A stretch of DNA of 64,000 nucleotides from assembly GCF_009914755.1 (NCBI RefSeq), contig NC_060927.1. One strand, 5' to 3'. The notes below the pieces were generated by a model. That model had not been told where the DNA came from, did not search any database, and saw only the letters and a program-made list of their open reading frames with translations. The stretch's first letter is position 1. The number at the start of each line of letters is the position of its first letter. Positions 1 through 18,082 of the stretch are shown here, piece by piece. The translations under genes and the position numbers were made by a program. The stretch comes from the human T2T-CHM13v2.0 reference genome, Homo sapiens.

Positions 1-214
1 TTTGTAACAGTAGGTGCACAAAGGAGGGTGTGACCACTTCATCTAGGGCTGATATTGATATAGGCCTGACTGCAGGATGGACAGACAGCATCAGAAGACT
101 GTGCAGAAACTATTCCTATGCATTAACTTTTAACCTACCTCATTAACTTCTGCTGACCCACTCGTACTCCATCTGGCAGCCAGTACTCAAGAAAGACCTC
201 ATTCCTGTTCATAG

Positions 215-575
<361 letters not shown>

Positions 576-1559
576 ACCAATGGCTTTTGATCTCATGATA
601 CACCTCCTATTTTTGGCTCTATGCCCAATCCTCTAGAATTGATGATCAATACAATATTTTCCTTCTATGAACCTTAGCTTCCTTTTTGGTCAAGGCCTTG
701 CAGGATCTGCTCCTGGTCACTCTGCCTCATTCAGTCCTTGACCCTGCAACACTAGCCCCAGATTATGCTGTATGGCTGGTAATTATTCTAGGCCTGACTA
801 GCTCCCCTTCTTCCTTCTTGGCCAATAACCATCAAACCGGGGATTATAAAGAAGATCCCAGAAATTCTAATAGTGCATGACAGTGTGCAAACTTTCTTTT
901 AGCCAGAAAAATCAGTACTGCTTTCTTTTATTCCCAATCACCTTCCCTTCAGCTCCAGTTTCTCAAACCACAAAGAGAACAGAATTGATATGAAAGCAGC
1001 ACAGCTCCTATCCCTGCAGCAAGGCATTATTTTTTAAATGCTATTAAAAAAACCACCAGAATGTACTTTTTGGTTTCCTCATGTTTTTGCACCCAGGTGA
1101 TGCATTTGAAGCTCCCAGGAACCCTTAAATCATATTTTATACATTATGCTGAGCATAGTAGGTGTTTAGATCACTAAATATTTACTGTTGATATTGATAG
1201 AGAAACCTCACTTGGATGCTAATGTAAGGCTTTCAGGAATGCAAGAATAAAGAAAAGATGAGTATAACTCTTCTCCATAGCATGGAGACCTTGAGGCCTT
1301 TTACAAAAATGGAAAACGATGTGAAATCTGGGGAGTCAGAGAGATTCTGAGAAGGGTATAACAATAATACCAAGAACCATGACTCATGTAGTATGTTGGA
1401 ATTTCTGAAGGCAAAGAAGACAAACTCAGCAGGGTACATGAAAGTATGTAACTCAACTCTGCCAGGTGCAGCTCAAAGGGCCTGCATGGGGACCCTAACT
1501 GGGAAGGAAGTTGTAGTGGAGTGAGAAGACCACAGGAACATATTTCAGCCATTCACTGG

Positions 1560-2117
1560 TGTCTGTGTCTCTGACTGTCACGCTAGCCCAGGATGCAGGC
1601 AGAAGTGGCAGGTGCCTCCATGCACAGTCCCTAGTGTGGGAGGCAAACCTACCAGGGGCCCTGAGCAGCTCTGTGCATTCTTGTCAGGTATGCCAAGAAG
1701 CAAGGCTCTGACTGCTCTTTATCCAGGCCATTTCTCAGGGTTGTGTTTGTAATGAGCAACCTTGAGGGATCAGGTAACATCTTCCCCTAGACAAAGAACA
1801 GGCTTGTTACAACTCACTATAAAAGCAGTGGACTTACCAGGCTCAGGATTCCTCTCCTTAAATGGTAGCCCACTGTGTGTGTGCAAACATCCATAAACAT
1901 CCATTATGGGACTTTCATTCCCCTCATGGCACGTGGGGCATGGAAACCAGTAAAAGCTCAATATTAAGTTCTGATTACTGCTTTTGCCATGAGTAATCAA
2001 GTGTTTTTTCTCTGACCCAAGAGTCTCATGTCTTTAGCTAACATCCATCAAACATTACCAGGCTAACTTGTTAACTTGCATGTAAGGTAAAAGCTCATAC
2101 CCTACACAATTCTTGTT
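1560..2117 (+). mobile_element. Old ERVL-type solo LTR (MER54/MER73/MER74-like); 5' boundary approximate
   Basis: TATAAAA at ~1818; 3' end ggctaacttgttaacttgcatgtaaggtaaaagctcataccctacaca resembles the recalled 3' end of this LTR group. Confidence 0.5.
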
Positions 2118-2346
2118 ACTCTACCTTCTTGATTTCATAGGCAATAAAATCCCAGATACTGCTGTGGAAATGCCACCTTTAACCCTGAGAAGTAGCAATA
2201 TGTAAATAACAGCTACGATCTATAATCATTATCACAAGTGATATTGAAATAAGGTCTCAGAATAAAAGATAGTCCTTTTATTTACTTTTGAACTTATAAA
2301 CTTTGAACAAGTTTAGCTTCATGCAGAACTTACAACAACGCCCTTA

Positions 2347-2634
<288 letters not shown>

Positions 2635-3446
2635 TCATAATAAAATCATCAGTATCAGGCAAAGTCATCAGATAGGTTTTAGGACACCTAGCAAGGTCCT
2701 TTGAAATGAACACTAATAAAAATCAATTAATTAATTAATTAAAAAAAAGAAAACGAACACTAGGTATGGTGTATTTTGTTCTCCATGAGAACCTGCTCAG
2801 AAAAATAAGAATGTATAATAGTTTTACTAGCTTTATTAAGGTATAACTGGCACACAATTTAAAGTGCATGACATACATATTTAAAGTACATGATTTGATA
2901 AGTTTTGATATATGTATGCACCTGTGAAATACCATAATCAAGGTATAAACATATCCATCACCCCAAAAAGCTTCCACATGCCCCTTTGTCATCCTCCTTT
3001 CCTGACTCTTTGCCAACCCTACTCATCCACAGGCAACGACTGATCTGCTTCTGTCACTACAGATTAGTTAACAATAGATTAGTTTAGTTTTATAGAACTT
3101 TGTGGAATTGGATTTACATAGCATGTAGTCATTTTGCCTGGCTTCTTTCATTCAGTGTAATTATTTTGAGATTCATCTTTGTTCTTCCAAGTATCAATAA
3201 TTCATGTTTTAAATTGCTGAGCAGGATTCTATTGTATGGATATACTACAATTTGTTTAGCCATTCACTTGCTAATGGGTATTTGTGCTATTTCCAGTTTT
3301 TGGCTATTACAAAGAAAGTTGCTATGAACATTGGCGTACAAGTCTTTGTATGGACATGCAGTTTCATTTCTCTTGGGTAAAAACCTAAGAGTGGCATAGC
3401 TAGATCACATCATAGGTATATGCTGAACTTTTAAAGAAACTGCCAT

Positions 3447-3605
3447 GGCCGGGCGCGGTGGCTCATGCCTGCAATGCTAGCACTTTGAGAGGCCAAGACA
3501 GGCAGATTGCTTCAGCCCAGGAGTTTGAGACCAACCTGAGGAACATAGTGAAACTCTATTTCTATAAAAAAAATCAGCCAGGAATGGAATAAATAAATAA
3601 ATAAT
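3447..3605 (+). mobile_element. Alu monomer (FLAM/AluJ-like)
   Basis: ggccgggcgcggtggctcatgcc... ending in an (AATA)n tail; flanked by aaactgcc/agactgcc. Confidence 0.85.
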
Positions 3606-3877
3606 CTCCCAGACTGCCTTCCAAAGTGAAGTGGTTGGACCAAATTATGTTCTCCTCAGCAGTGTGTGCCAACATGGGATTTACTCAGTCTTTTTAATTT
3701 TAGCCATTCTAATGAGTGTGTAGTGGTATTTTAATGTAGTTTTAATTTGCATTTCCTTAATGAGTAATGGTATTGGACATCTTTTCATATGCTTATTTGT
3801 CATCCATATATCTTCTTTGGTGAAGTATCTGTTGAAATCTTTTACCCATTTTAAAATATTGAATTGTTTTCTTATTA

Positions 3878-4794
3878 CAATAGTCCCCCTTATCTGAGGG
3901 GGGATACATTCCAAGACCCCCAGTGGATGCCTGAAACCATGGATAGTACTGAGCCCCATATATACTGATTTTTCTTATACATATATACCTATAATAAAGT
4001 TTAATTTATAAATTAGGCACAGTAAGGGATTGGCAACCATAACTAATAATAAAACAATTATGTATTAGTCTGTTCTCACACTGCTATAAAGGTACTACAT
4101 GAGACTGAATAATTTATAAAGAAAAACAGGTTTAATTGACTCACAGTTCTGCATGGCTGGGGAGGCCTCAGGAAACTTACAATAATGGCGAAAGGCAAAG
4201 GGGAAGCAAGACACACTTTCACAAGGTGGCAGGAGAGAGAGAGTGTGCAGGGGAAAGGGCCAGACACTTAACAAACAACCAGATCTTGTGAGAACTCCCT
4301 CACTATCATGAGAACAGCATGAGGGAAACTGCCCCCATCACCCAATCACCTTCCACCAGGTCCCTCCCTTGACATGTGAGGATTACAATTTGAGATGAGA
4401 TTTGGGTGGGGACACAGAGCCAAACCATACCAAATTATAACAATATGTCAGCATCATTACTCTTGAACTTTGGGGCCACCGCAAAATAAGGGTTACTTGA
4501 ACACAAAGCACTTCAATACCATGACAGGCAATCTGATAATCAAGATGGCTACTAAGAGACTAACAGGCAGGTAGTGTATATGGCATGGATATGTTGGACA
4601 AAAGGAGTATTTGTGTCCTGGGTGGGCCAGAGTGGAACAGCATGAGATTTCACCATGCTCCTCAGAAAGGTGTACAATTTAAAACCTATGAATTGGTTAT
4701 TTCTGGAATATTCCATTTAATATTTTCAGGCCATGGTTGACCACAGGTAACTGAAACCATGGAAAGCAAAACCACAGATAAGGGAGCACCACTG
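3878..4794 (-). mobile_element. MER44 (Tigger7-derived) non-autonomous DNA transposon, interrupted by a MaLR LTR
   Basis: Termini CAATAGTCCCCCTTATC...GATAAGGGAGCACCACTG are imperfect TIRs; TA on both sides (3876-77, 4795-96). Confidence 0.8.
4061..4432 (-). mobile_element. MaLR solo LTR (MST/THE1-like)
   Basis: tgtattagtctgttctcacactgctataaag...gacacagagccaaaccatacca; TG...CA ends; 5-bp TSD AATTA (4056-60, 4433-37). Confidence 0.92.
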
Positions 4795-4810
4795 TATTGC
4801 GTTTTTAGAG

Positions 4811-5118
<308 letters not shown>

Positions 5119-6084
5119 AGATATATGATTTCAAATATTTTATTCTAGTCTGTGGCTTTTTCTCATTCTCTTAAGATTCTCTTTGAAAGAGAAGATGTTC
5201 TTAATGATTAAAAAGTCTAATTCATCAGTGTTTTCTTTTATGGACCATGCTTTTGGTATTGTACCTAAGAAATATTTGCTGATTCCAAGGTCACAAAATT
5301 TTTCTTATATGTTTTCTTTTATAAACTTTACAGGTTTAGGTTTTATAAATAGGTCTGTGATCCATTTTGAGTTAATTTCTTAATATGGTGTAACATGTAG
5401 CTAGATCAAAGTTCATTTTTGCATATGGATATACATTTGTTCCAGCAGTATTTGCTGAAAAGACTGTCCCTTCTCCACTGAATTGCCTTTGTACCTTTGT
5501 TGAAAATCAGTTGACCATATACATGTGGATTTATTTCTGTAGTCTATTCTGTTCTGTTGATGAATATGTCTATCCTTGCCCAGTACCAAACTGTCTGCAT
5601 TACTGTTAGTTTTGTAATATGTCTTGAAATCAGGTGGTCCTAGTCTTCCAACTTCATTCTTTTTAAAAGTTGTTTTGTCTATTCTAGGTCCTTCATATTT
5701 TCACATGAATTTTATAATCAGTTTGTCAATTTATACAAAAAAAGGAAATGTGACTGTTATTGGATTAAGTCTATAAATCAACTAGGGAAGAACTGACATT
5801 TAAACAATATTGAGTCTTCCAACCCAGCAACACAATGTATCTCCATTTATTTAGATTTTTAAAAATTCTCTTAGCAATGTTTTAAAGTTTTCAGTGTACA
5901 GGCATTTCACATTGTTTGTTAGGTTATCCCTAAATATTTCATCTATTTGATGCTGTTGTAAATGGTATTGCTTTTAATTTCACTTTTTCAATTATTTGTT
6001 GTTAGTATATGGAAATACAGTTGAGTGTTGTACATTGATCTTGTATCCTGCAACCTTGCTAAACTCATGTATTAGTTCTAGTAG

Positions 6085-6386
6085 TTTTGTTTTGTTTAGA
6101 GATAGGGTCTGGCTCTGTCACCCAGTTTGGAGTGCAGTGGCACAATCTTAGCTCACTGTAGCCTCAAGCTCCTGGATTCAAGCAATCCTCCCACCTCAGC
6201 CTTCTAAGTGTTTGGGTCTAAAGCTATGCACCACCATGCCCAGCTAATTTTTTAATTTTTTATAGAGACAAGGTCTCACTCTGTGCCCAGGCTGGTTTTG
6301 AACTCCTGACCTCAAGTGATCCTTCTGTCTCAGCTTCCCAAAGTGGTGGGATTACACTTTGGGTGGGTGAGCTACCATGCCTGCCC
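6085..6386 (-). mobile_element. Alu (AluJ-like)
   Basis: Diverged dimeric Alu in reverse; gctcactgtagcctcaagctcctgg. Confidence 0.9.
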
Positions 6387-6677
6387 TGTTTCTTCCTTTT
6401 AAATGTTTCACTGGATTTTCTACATAGGTGATCAGGTCATCTGAGGGTAAAAATATTTTCATTCTTACTTTTTTTAAAAAGTAGGTGACTTTTGTTTATT
6501 TTTCTTACCTTATTGCACTGGCTAAAACCTCCAGTGTTGAATAGAAGTCGTGAGAGTGGATATCTTGTCTTCTTTCTGATCCTAATGGGAAAGGATTCGG
6601 TCTTTTACCATTAAAAATGATGTTAGGTATAGGTTTTTTTATAGATGCACATTATCAGGTTGAGGAAGTTCTCTTCT

Positions 6678-12605
<5,928 letters not shown>

Positions 12606-12894
12606 GAGGAAGTTCTGTTCTATGCTGTTTGTTGAGACTTTATCAGAAATTGATGTTGAAGTTTGTCAAAAATTTTTCTGTATCTACTGAGATGATCATA
12701 TAGTTTTCTTTTTTAGTTGGTAAATGTCATGAGTTATTGATCAATCTTTAGATATTAAACAAAGCTTACATTCCAGGGATAAACCTCACGTTGTCACAAT
12801 GATGTATTCTCTTTTTAACATTTGGTGATACTCAATTTGTTAAAATTTTGTTTAAAATTTTGAATCTATGTTTATAGGACATATTAGCCTATAG

Positions 12895-13059
12895 CTTTCC
12901 TCCTCCCTTCTTCTTCTTCTTCTTCCTCCTCTTCCTCTTCCTCTTCTTCTTCTTCTTCTCCTTCTCCTTCTTCTTCTCCTCCTCCTCCTCCTCCTTCTCC
13001 TTCTCCTCCTCCTCTTCCTTCTCCTTCTCCTTCTTCTCCTTCTCCTTCTTCTTTTTCCT
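12895..13059. repeat. ~165-nt pure polypyrimidine (TTC/TCC) low-complexity tract
   Basis: No purines on the plus strand over the interval. Confidence 0.97.
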
Positions 13060-13169
13060 ATTCAATTTTGAAATCAGGGTAATACTGCCCTCATAGAATG
13101 AGTTGGGAATTACTTCTTTATTTTCAGTTTTTTTAGAAGAGTTTGAAGTTGAACTGGTAATATTTCTAA

Positions 13170-13580
13170 GTCACAGCTTAGTTGGGTGCCTGTGGCTCAG
13201 GTTTTCACATAAGAATACAGTCAAGGTGTCACAACAATACAGTCAAGGTGTCACCTGTTTCAAAGTTCACTGACATGGCTGTTAGCAAGCCCCAGGTACT
13301 TGCTGGCTGCAGGCTGGAAACATCAGTTCCTTGCCAATGGGGGCCTCTTTACAGGACAGCTTATAACACAACAGCTGGCCTCCCACAGAGTGGGAGTTAG
13401 TGGGACAATGAGAGAGCTCTAAGGTGGAAGCCACAGTTTTTGTGAACTAATGCCAAAAGCGACATCTCACTAAAAAGCAAGTTAGTAAGTTCACCTCATA
13501 CTCAAGGAGAGAGGACTTCATAGGAGTGTGACTACAAGGAGGTGGGAATCATCGAAGAACATCTTAGAGGCTATCTACCA
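13170..13580 (-). mobile_element. MLT1-type MaLR LTR fragment
   Basis: ggctcagg...tcaaggtgtc...aaagttcactgacatggctgttagcaagccccagg..., ending gaggctatctaccata; internal aatacagtcaaggtgtcac duplication. Confidence 0.65.
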
Positions 13581-14050
13581 TAGTTGTTTACAACATTACC
13601 TTATCCGTCATATCTACAGAATCTATAGTGATGTCACCTCTCCCATTCCTTATTTGGGTAATTGTATCTTATTTCTTTTTTTTCTGATCACTTTGGCTAG
13701 AGGTTGATCAGTTTTACTTATCTTCATAGCTTTTGGCTTTACTGACTTTTTTTTCCTATTGTTTTCTGTTTCCTATTTTATTTTCTAACCTGATCTTTAT
13801 TATTTCCTTTCTTCTACTTACTTTGGGTCTCATTTGCTCTTTTTTTCTGTTTGTAAGGTGGAAGATGAGGTCATGGATTTGAGACATTTCTTCTTTTCTA
13901 ATATGGGGTTTAGTTCTCTAGATTTCCCCCTAATACTGCTTTAGTGGCATCCAACAAATCTAGGTTGTATTTTCATTTTAATTCTGGTCAATATTTTCTA
14001 GTTTTCCTTTTGATTTCTTTTTTGACCATGGATTAAAGTGTTCTATGTAG

Positions 14051-14447
<397 letters not shown>

Positions 14448-15779
14448 TAAATTTAATGAGACTTTTTCTATGGCCCAGAATATGATATATCTTGGTAAAT
14501 GTTCCATGTGTACTTCAAAAGAATATGTATTCTGCTGTTGTTGGGTGAAAGGTAATATAAATGTCAATTGGGTCAAGTTGGTTGATAGTGTTCAAGTTTT
14601 CTTTATCTTTACTGGTTTTTGAAATTTTTATAAAAATTCAATATCTGCAACTGGATTTAAACATTTTTGTATTATTTTTATTGTGTTAAAATATTTTTCT
14701 TCCTCTCCTTTCTTGCATATACACACACATGAATACTCACACACACAGTCCCAAATTTAGAGACCACAGAATTGTAACGAAATAAAGCATCTGATTGTGA
14801 TGCTGCATCTTTTAACAAATGTATTGTTCAATAAAACACTTTTGAAACTGGGTTATTTTATCTTTCCTTGTCTGACCTTGTAAGCCACTTAATTGTAAAA
14901 TGTGTTTTTATTCACAATACCTCTTAATATTTTATTCTTTATGCCAAGTCATGCTCCCACTGCAAACAAAACAGGCAGCAAAATATTTAATAGAGTGAAA
15001 GAAATATAAGGGTTTCTAGTATAATGCTGTTTACAGGTGTTCCTGTTTTAACAGGATATATAAATACTTGATAAACCTTGTATTCTGCAAAATTATATGT
15101 AAAAATAATAGACTGTGGGGAAAATAGGATGGGGTCATAACACTCAAAACAGTTAACTTTGTAACAAGAGTATTAATAAAATATTAATTATTCCAACTAA
15201 AACACTACCACCCAGTAAATGTCCACTAGCATTTGTACCCAGGATCAAAGTCAACTTCTACAGTCTTAAATCTCAAGACACAGGTCCTCAGGGGCATTCA
15301 TCTCCAGTAGATAACATTGTCAAAAAATTAAAAATCTGCTCTGGATCTGTGCTTTCTTTAACAATCAACTGAAGTTTTTAAACATAAGGCAAATGTCTTC
15401 TCCACTTCTTCATCTACTCCTACAGCCTCATCTTGTAGGGAAGACACAAGTTCTTAAGCCATTAAGCCAGACACTACTTGCACCAAGGGAAGGAACTGCC
15501 AAGCTTAAAGCTTCCTTTACTAGCTGTGAGAAAGCTTGCCCCTGAATGTTTAAATTATTGATTTGCTGGGGGAAAAGTAACATATGAATCAATGACATAA
15601 TTTTCTTATTACCAACTGGGTAATACCAATTGAGTATTACTTTGCATTATAGAAACATGTTACAGCTGAAAAGACTGTACTCCATAGTTCTCTAACCTTG
15701 AAATGCATGATTTTCCCAGTCACTTTGTTGGCAGCAGCCACCGTTGGGATTTAAATCTCTTTCCTCCCAGGATCACTGG

Positions 15780-16225
15780 ATGCATATTTACTGAGCACCT
15801 ATTATATCCCAGAGTCTGTTCTAAATGCTGGAGACACAGTGGTGGGCACAAGAGGACAGGCAAAGTCCCTGTGTTCACAGAATTCCATTCTGGTAGGGGA
15901 TACAGACAATCAACAGGTAAATCAACAAATATGGTAATAGCAGACTATGCTTGCTATAAGGAACATAAAACAGGCTGATAGGATATGGAATGAGATGAGG
16001 GGGTGATCATGGGTAGGGATACTACTTTAGATAGGATGATCAGGGAAGGTGTCTCTGAAGAGGTGACACTGGAGCCAAGACCTATAAGATGAGAAGGAAC
16101 TAGTCATGGGAATATCTGAGGAGGACTTCCAGGCAGAGGGAACAGTACAGGAACAGTAAGTACAAAAGCCTTGAGATGGGAGTCAGCGTAGTGTGCTTGA
16201 GGAACAGAATGAAAAGTGGCTGAGG
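15780..16225 (-). mobile_element. L2 3' fragment
   Basis: atatttactgagcacctattatatcccag...tcagggaaggtgtctctgaagaggtgaca...ccaggcagagggaacag, typical reverse L2 3' region. Confidence 0.8.
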
Positions 16226-17150
16226 CAGTCTCTGGGGTATACTCTAGTTGGAGTGCCACATATCACCACCATGCTGAGGCTGACCCAACAACCAATCACT
16301 GCTGCTTAACAATTCCACGTCCTCCATGCCTAACATGGCAAAACAGCATCCCAAAATGCAACTGACCAATTCTCATCTGAGTGTCAAATCCACAGGCAAT
16401 GGAGCACGACATGCTTGGTCACCACACAGGGTAAGGCTGGAGTGGGGCTGGACGAGTTTGGCTGGTTTGAGGAAGTTGTTAATTTCTGATTGTGGGCTCC
16501 ATCTAGAAGTCAGCTGTGGGCTAAGGAGAGGGCTGGAGCAGGGCTTCTCATGAGGCACCCTGGGACGGCTGTGGTAGGATGAGGGTACAGTGTGGGGGTG
16601 GGAGAGATGGGATGGGCCCTGAGGAAGGATGAAATTGCATCCAAGGCAAGGTGCTATAAGTCCCTTCAGAAAAAAGTCACCATTTTGCTTCTTTTGCGAA
16701 TCCTGGGAGCCATACTTACCCTGATAAGCTGATGACTTTCTAGTCAGCCAGAATTATCTAGCAAATAGCCAGGTAGCAGTGCTTCACTGCTTTTGCAGAA
16801 ACCCTAACTCACCCAGACTGGTTCTGCTGTGCTGTCCTCAAGTTTTTGTGTTGTTTTGGAATCCTCTACATGGTCTTCATTTTAAATACAGATACCTCAT
16901 CTTCTCAGAAGGATTGTACCTCCATTATAGAGAGAGACTCTTCATTCTCTTCTTTGGATACCCTTGCAGTAGTTAGCACAATACCCACCTAGATCTTTCC
17001 CCTTCTCAACAGGTAGACTATTTCAGAGGGAATGTCTCATGTGGTTTAATCCTGTAGTGGGAGACCAGATAGTGGCTTGTGCTGCCAAAAGATACTAACA
17101 TTTGGGATTTCATGATTGAGCTATGTGTGATGAGAAACTGGGCTGCTTAC

Positions 17151-17287
17151 CTGTTCTTCCTGCAGTGAATTGTAAAGGCAAGAAAGAAAAGTATCAGCAG
17201 AAGTCCACAGCTGAGAAAAGTCCAAACAATACCCAAGAGGACAGGAGATAATGAAGAGATGGTCTTACTGCTGTGGTGGGAAGATGT
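17151..17287 (-). CDS. GPR156: GPR156 second coding exon (137 nt; residues 33-78, including TM1); the gene continues beyond the window start
   Basis: Acceptor ...ttctgtcctcag|ACATCT; donor AACAG|GTAAGC (phase 2); encodes TSSHHSSKTISSLSPVLLGIVWTFLSCGLLLILFFLAFTIHCRKN(R), a hydrophobic helix matching the recalled GPR156 N-terminus. Confidence 0.95.
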
Positions 17288-17513
17288 CTGAGGACAGAAT
17301 AAGGAGGAGCTGTTAGGAATGAAGGATCTTCTATAGGTCAAAAACAAACTGCCCCATCGTCACCAAGTGCTGGGAAATATGTATCCTGCATGAGCAGTTT
17401 CTCCTCCCACTCCTCCCCTTCCTCATCCCCCTTTCCCTCCACCTCCTCCTCCCCAACACCACCACCACCACATACATCTGAGCAGCCCTGGCATCCTGTG
17501 GCTGCTCACTTAC

Positions 17514-17609
17514 AATTGTTGTCTTGCAGAGATCATGAAGGGGTCTCCGATCCAGCTCCTGGCCAGGAAAACTGTCACACAATTCAGAGCAGTTTATTTC
17601 AGGCTCCAT
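17514..17609 (-). CDS. GPR156: GPR156 first coding segment (start codon, 32 codons)
   Basis: GAC-ATG-G strong Kozak at 17609; MEPEINCSELCDSFPGQELDRRPLHDLCKTTI then donor ATT|GTAAGT (phase 0), in frame with the next exon. Confidence 0.95.
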
Positions 17610-17989
17610 GTCACCACATGCCCCTGTTGGTGTGTGCTTATTCACAGTCTTGGTTACCCACTGGTAGGGATGTAGATCTTTGACTAAGACACAAGAGCAA
17701 CTCAAATCTTTTCTTCAGAGGCCCCATTTTGGAGCTGGCTGCAGGCTCAGAATCCAGAGTGAACAACCCATTCAGGTAGAAGCAAAGGGTTATTTCGCTA
17801 GGCTCCTTCATCAGACATCCTTCAACTGGTGACCCTCCAAAGTCAGACATCCTTCAACTGGTCCCCTGCTGCGAGTGCATGCCATGTGAGTCAAGAGTGG
17901 ACATCTTAGTAACCATCAGGCTACACAAGGTGATGATTCTGGTTAACCACCAGATGGCAGTCACTGTTCGAGTACCCTCACTCTGGTTC
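17610..17989 (-). other. GPR156: Predicted 5'UTR portion of the GPR156 start-codon exon
   Basis: Acceptor ttgctttcctttcttcag|G with exon starting at 17989; alternative tttgtttaacag|G starting at 18013; boundary inferred from consensus only. Confidence 0.65.
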
Positions 17990-18031
17990 CTGAAGAAAGG
18001 AAAGCAATTAAACCTGTTAAACAAAGGCATG

Positions 18032-18036
<5 letters not shown>

Positions 18037-18080
<44 letters not shown>
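18037..18080. repeat. (AC)22 microsatellite, (UG)22 in the GPR156 pre-mRNA
   Basis: 44 nt of uninterrupted AC. Confidence 0.98.

Positions 18081-18082
<2 letters not shown>

Noticed and set aside
17610-17705. N-terminal extension of GPR156 suggested by ORF 17331-17705
   Set aside because: That ORF starts at TTG; the in-frame upstream ATGs (17771, 17885) meet stops before the true start
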